DNA from: Bryobacterales bacterium
GTDB taxonomy: Bacteria; Acidobacteriota; Terriglobia; Bryobacterales; Bryobacteraceae
Assembly: GCA_003157745.1 (NCBI GenBank)
Contig: PMKM01000242.1
Span: forward strand, 67,375 to 131,374
Length of the DNA stretch: 64,000 bases
Reading direction: 5' to 3'
The position numbers and the translations under genes are program-made. Below the pieces are notes generated by a model. The model made no database searches and was not told the origin of the DNA. It saw only the letters and a program-made list of their open reading frames with translations. Below are positions 10,218-19,103 of the stretch, one piece after another. Position 1 is the stretch's first letter, and every line of letters begins with the position of its first letter.

Positions 10218-10617
10218 GTTCGGAAAGCTCCGCGAACGCCTTGCCGGCCTCGCCGCTCAAACCGCTGCCGACGCTCTTCAGGAAGCGGTCGTACCGGAGC
10301 CGAGCGCGCGCGATGGCCTGCTGGTAGGCGTCGCCCGTCGGTTCCGGAACACAGGTCAATACGGTCTTCGCCAGCGCATCAACGAAGGCGAACAGCGCCT
10401 GTTGCCCGGTCGCCAGACGCTGGATCTCCGTCAGTGCCCGGTCAAAACTAGCCGCTATCCGATCCTCGGCGGCTGTGCTGTCTCCGCCTCTTCGGCGCAG
10501 TTCGTTCTCGATGGCCGCTCGGATAAACGCGCTGTCCGAACCAAAGCCTGCCTCGTGCGCTGCCTTGGCAATTCGCTTGTCCAGTTCGCTGCTGCACCGG
10601 ATCGTGCGTGGTCTCAT
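10204..10617 (-). CDS. Ribbon-helix-helix relaxosome accessory protein (TraJ/MobC-like)
   Basis: RHH-like segment IRCSSELDKRIAKAAHEAGFGSDSAFIRAAIENEL. The ATG at 10617 is preceded by AAGGAGG on the coding strand. It lies immediately upstream of, and overlaps, the relaxase gene. Confidence 0.7.
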   Translation of the reverse strand: MRPRTIRCSSELDKRIAKAAHEAGFGSDSAFIRAAIENELRRRGGDSTAAEDRIAASFDRALTEIQRLATGQQALFAFVDALAKTVLTCVPEPTGDAYQQAIARARLRYDRFLKSVGSGLSGEAGKAFAELSEHGKR

Positions 10618-10668
10618 GCGGGTGTGCCTCCTTATGGGAAAGGCCCCGGGGAGCGCCGATTGAGACAC

Positions 10669-10971
10669 AGAAAGTGCCCGTATTCGCGCGTCGTACTCGT
10701 CTCACGCCAGCGCATACCCGCCAAGCCACTCGCACCAAACCAGATAGGTCCGGAACCACAACCACGCGTACGCTCCCCTTTATGTTCCACTACCCATGTT
10801 TTGGGCTGGTTGGAGTGACCTGAATGTTGCAAACTGTTGCAATCTGTTGCACCCCCCGCGATCCGGCCCGTTCTCCGGCCTTTTCTGTTGCAAACGGTAA
10901 ACAAACTGTTGCAATCAGTTGCACCGCTGTCTCAAATCGCCGTTCTCCCGCCCTTTCCCTGTGAGGACGGA
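10669..10971. promoter_or_regulatory. Putative oriT plus divergent promoter region between the relaxase operon and the traK-L-M-like leader operon
   Basis: This is a 300-bp non-coding gap between divergent transfer operons, as in IncP oriT. It contains two ~70-bp direct repeat units with phased GTTGCA(A/C) motifs, and a GCGATCCGGCCC element resembling the MOBP nick core ATCCTG. Confidence 0.55.
10826..10924. repeat. Six GTTGCA(A/C) motifs in two triplets
   Basis: Read directly: first triplet at 10826, 10836 and 10846, exactly 10 bp apart; second triplet at 10887, 10908 and 10918. Each triplet is followed by CGTTCTCC(G/C)GCC(T/C)TTTC. Confidence 0.8.
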
Positions 10972-11400
10972 ATGAGCACTGACGGAAAGGGCCGACCGGC
11001 AAAGTCGCTTCCAAACCTGGGATCGCTGCCAGCCAATCCGCCGACGACAAGCACGGGGAAAGTCGCCTGGGCCTGGCCGAAGATCTCGGCGGCTCTTCAT
11101 GCGGGCTGGCGTATGCACGATGTTTGGTCGGCCCTGCGGGCGGACGGCTTCGACATCCCCTACAAGCAGTTCCGGGTCTACGTGTCGCGGCTTCGTCGGC
11201 GCTTCGCACAGGCTCCGCCCCCGCCTGTGGCCACCGGGCCAGCGCCGGAGCCGTCACCGGCAGCCCCGGACACTCCGGCGAAACCGGCGGCGCCGTCGGC
11301 CACCGACCCCTACGCCGGCATCCGAGAGCAACGAAAGTTGAAACGGCAGGGCGGGTTCGAATACGACCCGTTCTCCACAGATAAGGACCTACTGAAATGA
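10972..11400 (+). CDS. traK: TraK-family oriT-binding protein-like
   Basis: The ATG at 10972 is preceded by GAGGA. The segment WPKISAALHAGWRMHDVWSALRADGFDIPYKQFRVYVSRLRRRF resembles the conserved core of plasmid TraK-family proteins as I recall them. It is the first gene of the leader operon next to oriT. Confidence 0.55.
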   Translation: MSTDGKGRPAKSLPNLGSLPANPPTTSTGKVAWAWPKISAALHAGWRMHDVWSALRADGFDIPYKQFRVYVSRLRRRFAQAPPPPVATGPAPEPSPAAPDTPAKPAAPSATDPYAGIREQRKLKRQGGFEYDPFSTDKDLLK

Positions 11401-12164
11401 AAGGAAAGCGAATGAACACTACCGAAACAGCCAAAGACAACAGCGGCGTCCACTTCGTCCTTCAGGGCAAGGGCGGCGTCGGAAAGAGCTTCATCTCCGC
11501 CATTCTGGCCCAATACTTCCGGAGCACCGGCCGCCCGGTCTACTGCTTCGACACCGACCCGGTCAACGCCACCTTCGCCCAGTACGACGGCCTTGAAGCC
11601 GAGCACATCAACGTCCTGAAGCGCGGCGTCATCAACGAAAAGCAGTTCGACACCCTGGTGGAATTCCTCTGCACCAGGCCCGGCGTCTGCGTCGTCGATA
11701 CCGGCGCGACCACGTTCGTGCCGCTCTGGAACTACATGCTCGAAAACGAAATCGTCGGATTCCTCGCCGCCCGCAACCGCCGCCCCTTCATTCACTCGGT
11801 GGTCACCGGCGGCCAGGCCATGAGCGACACCCTCAACGGTTTCGCCAAGGTCGCGGCCACCAGCGGGGAAAAGAACATCGTCGTCTGGCTCAACGAGTAC
11901 TTCGGCGAGATCCAGGGCAAGGACGGCCGCGGCTTCGAAGAGTTGAAGGTCGCCCAGGAGCAGGCCGAGCGCGTCCTCGGCACCGTCACCATCCGCGAGC
12001 GCAACCACCACACCTTCGGCGACGACGTGAAAGAGATGCTCCAGCGCCGCCTGACCTTCGACGCGGCCATTCAGAGCGAGCAGTTCTCGCTGGTTTCCAA
12101 GCAGCGCCTAGCCATCGTCCGACGCGACCTCTTCGACCAATTGAACACCCTGGCCATCGTATAG
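11397..12164 (+). CDS. traL: ParA/MinD-like P-loop ATPase (IncP TraL-like)
   Basis: Deviant Walker A VLQGKGGVGKSF. ATGA overlap with the preceding gene. Its position after the traK-like gene matches the IncP traK-traL-traM order. Confidence 0.7.
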   Translation: MKGKRMNTTETAKDNSGVHFVLQGKGGVGKSFISAILAQYFRSTGRPVYCFDTDPVNATFAQYDGLEAEHINVLKRGVINEKQFDTLVEFLCTRPGVCVVDTGATTFVPLWNYMLENEIVGFLAARNRRPFIHSVVTGGQAMSDTLNGFAKVAATSGEKNIVVWLNEYFGEIQGKDGRGFEELKVAQEQAERVLGTVTIRERNHHTFGDDVKEMLQRRLTFDAAIQSEQFSLVSKQRLAIVRRDLFDQLNTLAIV

Positions 12165-12166
12165 CT

Positions 12167-12541
12167 ATGCCTGAGATACCCGACATCGACCGGCTCATCG
12201 CCGAAGTCGCCGCGCGCCACGGCATCCTCCTGAAAAAGGACGATGCCGCGTTCGCGCTGGTGACGCTAAATCAACTCGTTCTTGAGGCGGCACTCAGTAG
12301 ACTAATTGCGGAGACTCAGAGGGCTACTGCGGACTTTGAATGTGCCATGGATCGCGTCCAAACTAGAGCAGGAGCGGCGATGGCGAACGACGCTCGCCGC
12401 TTAGTCGCCGAGATAGCGACCGGGGCCATGGGGCACGTGAGCATAGGGCCAACTCTGACTCGAGGCGGAGCAACGTGGGGTCTAGTTGTCCCATTCGTCG
12501 CTGGCGTAGCCGCGGGCCTCATCATCTCGTTGCTGTTGTGA
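12167..12541 (+). CDS. Small protein with a C-terminal TM helix (positional TraM equivalent)
   Basis: It starts 2 nt after the traL-like stop. The C-terminal WGLVVPFVAGVAAGLIISLLL is hydrophobic. No motif was recognised; the assignment is positional only. Confidence 0.45.
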   Translation: MPEIPDIDRLIAEVAARHGILLKKDDAAFALVTLNQLVLEAALSRLIAETQRATADFECAMDRVQTRAGAAMANDARRLVAEIATGAMGHVSIGPTLTRGGATWGLVVPFVAGVAAGLIISLLL

Positions 12542-13018
12542 CACGACCATTCGGTCCAGCGCTCACCAGCACCAGGAAGCTGTTTGGGGCGGGGCCGTTC
12601 TGTGCCGATCTCTGATTACTCGGGTTGATTGGGGGCTGACCTTTGGGGAAACGGAATGGAAGTCGGGCGCTTCGTGGGCAATGCCCAAATTCACCATTGT
12701 GTGCCGGGTGGCGGATCGTCATCATTCGACCGTGGTGGCCGAGTTTCAACTGGAAGTGTCTCTTATAGGTCCACTTGCGATAGCCGTACCCGGCTGGCTG
12801 GTGCTACCGGCTGAAACACTTTGTCCGGCCCGGGGGCAGAATGGAGGAATCTGCGCGTATGGCCGTCCCGCACCACGCTTCTCGACTCGTCGTCGCGAGA
12901 TTATTGCTGACAAACCACCGAACTGCGAATGTGAACGCGGGGGCCGGCGGAACGAGTTTGACGACGCGCTCGTAGTGTGCTGTGCTCATCTTGTATTATA
13001 TGCAGGGCGAGGTAAGTC

Positions 13019-14515
13019 ATGAGATCGGTCAAATCCACGTTCTCGATTCTGTGCAGCGTGTATTGCGTCTTGTGTACGCATCCCGTACGCAGTGAGGTGA
13101 CAACGACCGTTCTTGGGAGCGTTACCGATGCGGAGTGCGGGACCGGACCAATCGCTGGCGCGATAGTCGAACTAGATGGTGCGGTGCGAGCGGTAGCCAA
13201 CAGCGAGGGGAAGTACATCCTGACGCAGCCACGCCCCACAGTGGTGCTTGGCTTGCCACCGGGGCAGCACGTGCTTATGGTGGCTGTTGAGGACTTTCGA
13301 TCCAAGGTTGTCCGCTTTTCCATGAGTAGCTTGGAGCCTGATGGGATGCCGATCCGAGTCGATATAGGGCTTTGGCGGCGGTCCGGTGCGCCTTGCGCGG
13401 CCGCTAGGCCGCATCCGACCATTGATGCGGCGGACGGAGCGGCCGGGCTCGTGGTGGACGATGACCGCGACGGCATTGACGACTATGTGGAACAGTGGCT
13501 GGGCGAGCGGTTTGCGCCGATTGTGTATCACGGCGAGAGCGAGCGGAACTTCCCAGCGAGTGTTGACTGGTTCCTGTCGAAGACGAGAATGTTTACTTAC
13601 GACGACGCTTGTGAACCCGATGAGAAGCACGAAGTTCCGGGTCCGCTAACCCAGGGAAGGCTGACTGGCCGTTCATTTCGAGCAACCTGTCAAGGGACCA
13701 GTACAATCACTTCCGACAGCACTCGAAGCCGCTGCAAACAGGCTACATTTTTTCTTTCCGACCTAGCGAAACCCGACCAGGCCGGATTGCGCAACAAGCC
13801 CGCAGAATGGGTGACCTATTTGCATGCTTACCCAAACTCGCTCGGCGGGGTTACTTTGCAGTATTGGCGCTTCTATGCGCAGGATGACGATCAGCGCCAT
13901 CTGATACATGCGCGGGTTGGGCCGTTCGAGATGGAGCTAATTCCGGGACACGGGGGCGACTGGGAAGGAGCGATGGTACATCTGAACGGGTTGCTTCTCC
14001 CGGCAAGCGTCGACCGACTTGGGCACGCAACTATAGACGCCGTGGCGGTCACCTGGGTCCAGGGCCAGCATCCGATCATCTGGTCGGAGGAGGGAGGGCA
14101 TACGAGCGATCCGAACCAACTAGACATGATTTCAAGTCGATTCATCGAACAACAGACTTGGAGCGGCGGAACAGTGACGCTACCGGACGGCTCTTCTGCT
14201 GGTTACAGCGGCGGGTTGCGAAACGTCGGCGAACGATCGCACCCGCTGGCAGGGCAGCAGTTCATTCGATATTCGGGACTGTGGGGCAGTCCCGGCGACT
14301 GGTTCGTAACTTCAGGATACTGGGGTCCAGCCTTCAACGAAACGGGATCAGTATGTGAGGACGGCGTCACACCCGCATACAAGAGCGGAGTGCCGGACTG
14401 CAGTCCGGTACCGGTGGGTTGCGGGCGAATTTTTCACACCGCGTGGTGCAAGAGCATGGACTTCACTCAAATGGACCGCGATCGGGAATGCACGGCCTCG
14501 GACCAATCGCGCTGA
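13019..14515 (+). CDS. Secreted protein with an N-terminal carboxypeptidase-regulatory-like beta domain and a C-terminal Vps62/DUF946-like domain
   Basis: Signal-like N-terminus MRSVKSTFSILCSVYCVLC. VLGSVTDAECGTGPIAGAIVELDG...NSEGKYIL is typical of CarboxypepD_reg domains. TLQYWRFYAQDD...GHGGDWEGAMVHLN resembles the Vps62-family signature (YWFFY...H.GDWEH). GAGGT RBS upstream. GC looks lower by eye. Confidence 0.55.
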   Translation: MRSVKSTFSILCSVYCVLCTHPVRSEVTTTVLGSVTDAECGTGPIAGAIVELDGAVRAVANSEGKYILTQPRPTVVLGLPPGQHVLMVAVEDFRSKVVRFSMSSLEPDGMPIRVDIGLWRRSGAPCAAARPHPTIDAADGAAGLVVDDDRDGIDDYVEQWLGERFAPIVYHGESERNFPASVDWFLSKTRMFTYDDACEPDEKHEVPGPLTQGRLTGRSFRATCQGTSTITSDSTRSRCKQATFFLSDLAKPDQAGLRNKPAEWVTYLHAYPNSLGGVTLQYWRFYAQDDDQRHLIHARVGPFEMELIPGHGGDWEGAMVHLNGLLLPASVDRLGHATIDAVAVTWVQGQHPIIWSEEGGHTSDPNQLDMISSRFIEQQTWSGGTVTLPDGSSAGYSGGLRNVGERSHPLAGQQFIRYSGLWGSPGDWFVTSGYWGPAFNETGSVCEDGVTPAYKSGVPDCSPVPVGCGRIFHTAWCKSMDFTQMDRDRECTASDQSR

Positions 14516-14729
14516 GTTGATGAGCCGAGTCCCATACCACAGCGGCGCAGATGGGTGTGGGCAGACGAGAAAGATAATCGACTCTGAAAATGGTATATAC
14601 TTTTACGGGTATGGAAGCCCCAGCTTTCATCCGTAGGTGAAGGGTGAAGCACGCTTCCCGGGCCCTTTCTAAGGTGTAGTGACTGCGTACTCCGGTGGAA
14701 CACATTCATGAGAGGAGAAGTGTAACTAG

Positions 14730-15176
14730 ATGCCGAATATTGCCCAAATACTGGCGATGCCCGCGGCACCAGGAGACTGGTGGGATGAAGAAAAGATCGC
14801 CACAATCAACGTTACCGTCTTCACCGAGGACGATGATAAGGATGATGGGGAGAACGTCACCCTTAGCGTACTCTATGGCCCATTCGTCTCGAAGGTGGAC
14901 CTGGGCACAGGCCGAATCCCGGATCAAGATACTCGTACCGTTTCGATTCCATTGACGCCTCACCCGCCGCTCTCCGCCAAGTTTTCGCTGAGAGTGTTTA
15001 AGAGTCCGAAGGGGTCGCCAACCGGATGTCAGTGGAACGCGGCGTTTGATATGAGCGGCGTGACCGAATCCGGGGCGAGCGTTAACATCTCTGGCCGCAC
15101 AAGGAAGTTCGAGATAGGTGACGGGCACTCGTACGACTTCATGGCAATCCAAGACGCCCATGCACCTAACACATAG
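14730..15176 (+). CDS. Hypothetical protein (148 aa, acidic N-terminus, beta-rich)
   Basis: The ATG is preceded by AGAGGAGAAG. Same strand and the same lower-GC patch as the preceding gene. No motif recognised. Confidence 0.4.
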   Translation: MPNIAQILAMPAAPGDWWDEEKIATINVTVFTEDDDKDDGENVTLSVLYGPFVSKVDLGTGRIPDQDTRTVSIPLTPHPPLSAKFSLRVFKSPKGSPTGCQWNAAFDMSGVTESGASVNISGRTRKFEIGDGHSYDFMAIQDAHAPNT

Positions 15177-15494
15177 TGCCGACATCACCGCGATCACCGG
15201 GGCTGGAATGCATCATGCTACGACGTGCGCGCGACGAGGACCGACACAGTGGAGGGTGGTGTAGCGCAAGTACGTCGTGAATTGGCCGGGGGCTCCTGCT
15301 CCCGGCCTAGACGTGTTCTGTGCACGGTGGGGCTGTTTTGAAATCAGTATATACTTCCTTGCTTCGACGCTTGGCGTGGTAACGCGGCGATCTTGGTTAA
15401 CAGGGATTGGCTTTTCGGAATTTCTGCCGCTTGCCCGAGGCTTTCTATGTTCGGGAACGTATTGCGGATGAGGCTGCCCACCGCTTGTGTGCCG

Positions 15495-16406
15495 TCATCG
15501 GCCAAGCGATGAGCGACTCCGGAGCAACTGGGTTGCTTTCCTCATAGTCCTCTCCAGATAGTCGACCTGACGATGCGGCGACCCCTTGTGCGATAGGTCG
15601 CGGCTCTTGAGTGCCGCTAGAACATCTGCGTCTGCTGCTCCGTGTGACAGCGCGTAGATGGCGTAGGCCAAGTCGATTCGTGTGCCATCCCCGGCATAAA
15701 CAGGATTGTGTCGGAACGAATCGATTGACTTCTTCGCTGATCGCCGTACCGAGGAAACCTGTGGCGTTCGCAGTTCGCGGGCGTTTGCAGCTCGATCAAG
15801 CTCTTCGTGGATTGCGGTGAGAAATCTGCCGGACTCCTGGTAGCGGGCTCCACTCGCCTCGATCATCCGCACGAATGGGAATCGCCCATCGGCGCCCTGA
15901 TATTTCAATTTCCGATTGGTGAACCCCGCCAGACGACCGAAGTGCCGCCAGTCGGCGGCCTTCCTGTCGCCTTCGAATCGCTCCGCCAGTGCACGCGCCG
16001 CGGCCGTACCGACGTCCTTCGGTAGTCGCTCCGGGTGCTTCAGCCAGGCCTGGTAGTTGCCCGGTGAGGTCTCGACGACGAGCGCGGGCTGATAGCCTTC
16101 ACGCTTCATCCGCTCGACTGCATCGGCCTTCAGATCGTCGATGAGGGTCAAATTGTGCTCCCCCTGCGGCCGGATGTAGATGTTCCGGCCTTGGGCATTC
16201 TGGAGCCGCAACCATGGAATCGAGCGCATGAGGCCGGCGACATCCCAGGTTCGGGGGAGCATCGGCGGACCATCGCCCTCGGCGGCGTCCATGCGAAATA
16301 GTCCGAGCTCGAAGACCTCGCCACCCATGGCTTCTACCTGGGCCCTCACGATTTGTGTGGTGATTTCCAACGATGAGCGCGCGTTTCCGGTTCGTGAATC
16401 TGGCAT
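15495..16406 (-). CDS. RepB-type (RSF1010-like) DNA primase domain protein
   Basis: GRNIYIRPQGEHNLTLIDDL...GYQPALVVETSPGNYQAWLKH matches the plasmid RepB primase catalytic-core pattern as I recall it. ATG start at 16406. Confidence 0.7.
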   Translation of the reverse strand: MPDSRTGNARSSLEITTQIVRAQVEAMGGEVFELGLFRMDAAEGDGPPMLPRTWDVAGLMRSIPWLRLQNAQGRNIYIRPQGEHNLTLIDDLKADAVERMKREGYQPALVVETSPGNYQAWLKHPERLPKDVGTAAARALAERFEGDRKAADWRHFGRLAGFTNRKLKYQGADGRFPFVRMIEASGARYQESGRFLTAIHEELDRAANARELRTPQVSSVRRSAKKSIDSFRHNPVYAGDGTRIDLAYAIYALSHGAADADVLAALKSRDLSHKGSPHRQVDYLERTMRKATQLLRSRSSLGR

Positions 16407-16520
16407 TCCGTGGGAAAGGGCGGGTAGAAAGCCATTTGAGACAGGTTATGGTACTGAAGGTACTGGTACTGTTTTGTATCATGTACCTTAGGCCGCCTTC
16501 ACGGGCTCGGCTGCTCGCTC

Positions 16521-19103
16521 ATGTCGCTCTATTCGCGCTCGTTGTTGCTGATTCTCATTGCAGCCTGCCGCCTCCTGGGCGGCGAAGCCCCCCTAGGGGC
16601 GGACGCCCTGCGTTCCGGAGAGCGGCTCGGCTATTTGCGGAACTGGAACGCCGCCCGGCCGTTCTACGCGGAAGCCGAGCGTCAGTTCGAAGCTGCTGGC
16701 GACCGCCGCAACGCTCTCTTCGCCGGTATCAGTCGCCTCCGCGGCGACCTCGATTCCCGGTCGTACCTCCAGACATCGGCGCACCTGGCCGAGCTTTTGG
16801 ATCAGCCGCTGCTGCAATCCGATCTCGCGCTCCGTCTGCGTTGCCTTGCTGTGAAGGGCGACGTAGACCTCGAACTCGACACAGATTTGGCTCGGCGGGA
16901 TTGGTCAGAGGCCAAGACCGTCGCGGAGAAGTTGAACGAGCCCGCCTGGGTGAACCGGGCGAACGCAGAGTTGGCCATCACCGGCTTCCTGGCTGGCGAC
17001 GTCAAGGGTGCCGCCATCGGCATGGCAGAAGCAATCCAGAAGGCGAAGGAACTGAACGACCAGGGATCGCTGGTCCGCTATGAGGCCCTCGTCGGGCACG
17101 GCCTAGTGCAGTGGAAGATGTACGACAAGGCGCTAAAGTTCTTCGACGATGCCCTTGCCATTGCGCAGAAGAATCCGGATATTCAGCGTCCGCTGCTGGT
17201 CTACTCGGGGAAGATCGACGCTCTGATTGCGTTGGGACGGGCGGCGGAGGCACAGAAACTCCTCGAAACGGCGTTGGACGGTGCCCGCGCGAACTCCGCA
17301 AAGGGTTATGAAGCTGAACTGCATCTGCGCGCGGCGCTGCTCAAATGGAAGCAGGGCGAGCGGCGACAAGCTATCTCCGAACTGAACGGCGCGATTCAGA
17401 TTGCGGACTCCATCGGCGCTATCCGGATTGCCGGGCAATGCTCCTTCCAACTGGCCCAGTATTTCGAGGCGTCCGGCAACCTGCCAGCCGCCAGCAGCGC
17501 AATCCGCCGTACCATCGCCACCGGCAGGAAAGCGGGCGACCGCCTCTTGCTACCGGCCGCCCTGGCGGAGGCTGGACGCATTGAGATCGCGCTCGGGAGA
17601 CTCCCCGCAGCCGACAGCTACTTCGAAGAAGCCGCCGCCATCGCGAACGGAATCATCGCCTCCGCCCCGACGATCACGTCAAAAGACCAGTTCATCGCCT
17701 CTCTCGATAACCTCTACCTCGATCACTTCCGCCTTCACGTCCGGCGGCACGATATCGCTGGGGCCTTCCGGGTTCTGGAAGAGGCGCGGGGGCGAGCCGT
17801 CGCCGACGCCCTTCGCAACGGCAGCGCGGACGCGCGTCCATTGACTGCCCGCCTGACGCCCAATGAAAAACGGGTCTCGCAGCTCCAACTGGCCCTCCTC
17901 CGAACCACGGCCAAGGCCGAGCGGCAGCGGCTGCTTTCGTCGCTCGAACGCTCCGAAGAGGAGTTGTTTCCGGCGTTGGTGTCACCTCGCGGCGGCGCAA
18001 CGCCAACCGAGCCGGTCGATATCGCCACGTTGCGGAACAACCTTCCACCCGGACACGTCCTGGTCGAATACCAGCTCGCCGAACCGTGGTCCCATTGCCT
18101 CGTCATTACGAGAGATCGTGCCTATGCAAAGCAGATTCCCGGCGCGGCGGAATTGACCCGAACCGTTGAAAAGCACCTGAAGGCCATCGAGCAGCGCGCC
18201 GATTTCGGAGAATCGGGTCGAGCGCTATTCGAGGTGCTCCTGCCAAGCGAGGCGCGCACGGCCGCCAACCTGATCGTCGTTCCCGATGGCGCGCTGTACG
18301 GGTTGCCATTCGAAACGCTTATCGACGCCGCTGGCAAGGCCTTCATCGACAAGCACACCGTCTGGTACGAGCCTTCCGCCACTGTCCAGTACCTGCTGGC
18401 ACGCCGCCATCCCCAGCCTCCTCCCACCCTGCCTTTGCTCGCGGTCGCTGCGGGTACAGACGGTTTGGGCACGCCGACCAGCCCGGTGCGGCGCAACATG
18501 TTCGACGTTCGCGGCACGTCCTTGCCAGCGCTTCCCGCAGCCAACGGCGAAGCCAGACTGGTCGGCGAGGCGATGGGGCCGCAGAGCGTGGTCATCACCG
18601 GCCGGGCGGCCACGGAGTCGGCTATCAAGAAGCAGCCGCTCGCGCGCTACCGCGTCCTTCACTTCGCAGTCCACGGGCTTGCCGCACCCGATCACCCGGA
18701 ACGGGCCGGGCTCGTCTTTTTCCCGGATGAAGCCGCCGCTGAGGACGGACTTTGGCAACTTCGCGACATCGCCCGCAGCAGGCTCTCCGCCGATCTCGTC
18801 ACGCTCTCTGCCTGCCGCGCCGGTAGCGGCAAGGTGCTCGGAACCGCCGGCACAGTGAGCCTTGTGACGGCCTTCCTGGCCGCCGGCGCGCGGTCGGTCG
18901 TCGCGAATCTGTGGGACTCCGACGACACCTTCACCAAAGCCCTAATGGGCAGTTTCTACCGCCACCTGGCCCAGAACATGCCCGCCGCCGAAGCCCTCCG
19001 GCAGGCGAAACTGGAAATGCGCGCGCGATACGGTGCAGAGGCGCCTCCTTACCTGTGGGCGGGTTTCACGCTCACCGGCATCAACGGACCGATACATCCA
19101 TGA
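16521..19103 (+). CDS. Exported TPR-repeat / CHAT-domain (caspase-fold) protease
   Basis: N-terminal signal-like MSLYSRSLLLILIAACRLLGG. About 450 aa of TPR-like helical repeats. C-terminal CHAT dyad context: VLHFAVHG (His718 codon 18672-18674) and TLSACRAG (Cys765 codon 18813-18815). Confidence 0.85.
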   Translation: MSLYSRSLLLILIAACRLLGGEAPLGADALRSGERLGYLRNWNAARPFYAEAERQFEAAGDRRNALFAGISRLRGDLDSRSYLQTSAHLAELLDQPLLQSDLALRLRCLAVKGDVDLELDTDLARRDWSEAKTVAEKLNEPAWVNRANAELAITGFLAGDVKGAAIGMAEAIQKAKELNDQGSLVRYEALVGHGLVQWKMYDKALKFFDDALAIAQKNPDIQRPLLVYSGKIDALIALGRAAEAQKLLETALDGARANSAKGYEAELHLRAALLKWKQGERRQAISELNGAIQIADSIGAIRIAGQCSFQLAQYFEASGNLPAASSAIRRTIATGRKAGDRLLLPAALAEAGRIEIALGRLPAADSYFEEAAAIANGIIASAPTITSKDQFIASLDNLYLDHFRLHVRRHDIAGAFRVLEEARGRAVADALRNGSADARPLTARLTPNEKRVSQLQLALLRTTAKAERQRLLSSLERSEEELFPALVSPRGGATPTEPVDIATLRNNLPPGHVLVEYQLAEPWSHCLVITRDRAYAKQIPGAAELTRTVEKHLKAIEQRADFGESGRALFEVLLPSEARTAANLIVVPDGALYGLPFETLIDAAGKAFIDKHTVWYEPSATVQYLLARRHPQPPPTLPLLAVAAGTDGLGTPTSPVRRNMFDVRGTSLPALPAANGEARLVGEAMGPQSVVITGRAATESAIKKQPLARYRVLHFAVHGLAAPDHPERAGLVFFPDEAAAEDGLWQLRDIARSRLSADLVTLSACRAGSGKVLGTAGTVSLVTAFLAAGARSVVANLWDSDDTFTKALMGSFYRHLAQNMPAAEALRQAKLEMRARYGAEAPPYLWAGFTLTGINGPIHP

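Noticed and set aside
12541-13022. Small ORFs in the traM-to-Vps62 gap. Examples are 12681-13022 (+), whose stop forms an ATGA with the next gene, and 12804-12989 (-).
   Set aside because: They exclude each other, being overlapping antisense ORFs. Both have odd Cys/Arg-rich composition and no recognisable motif. The ATGA overlap alone is insufficient.
16373-17083. 236-aa ORF spanning the RepB/CHAT intergenic region and the start of the CHAT gene
   Set aside because: It is out of frame with the well-supported CHAT ORF, Arg/Pro-rich, and has no motif.
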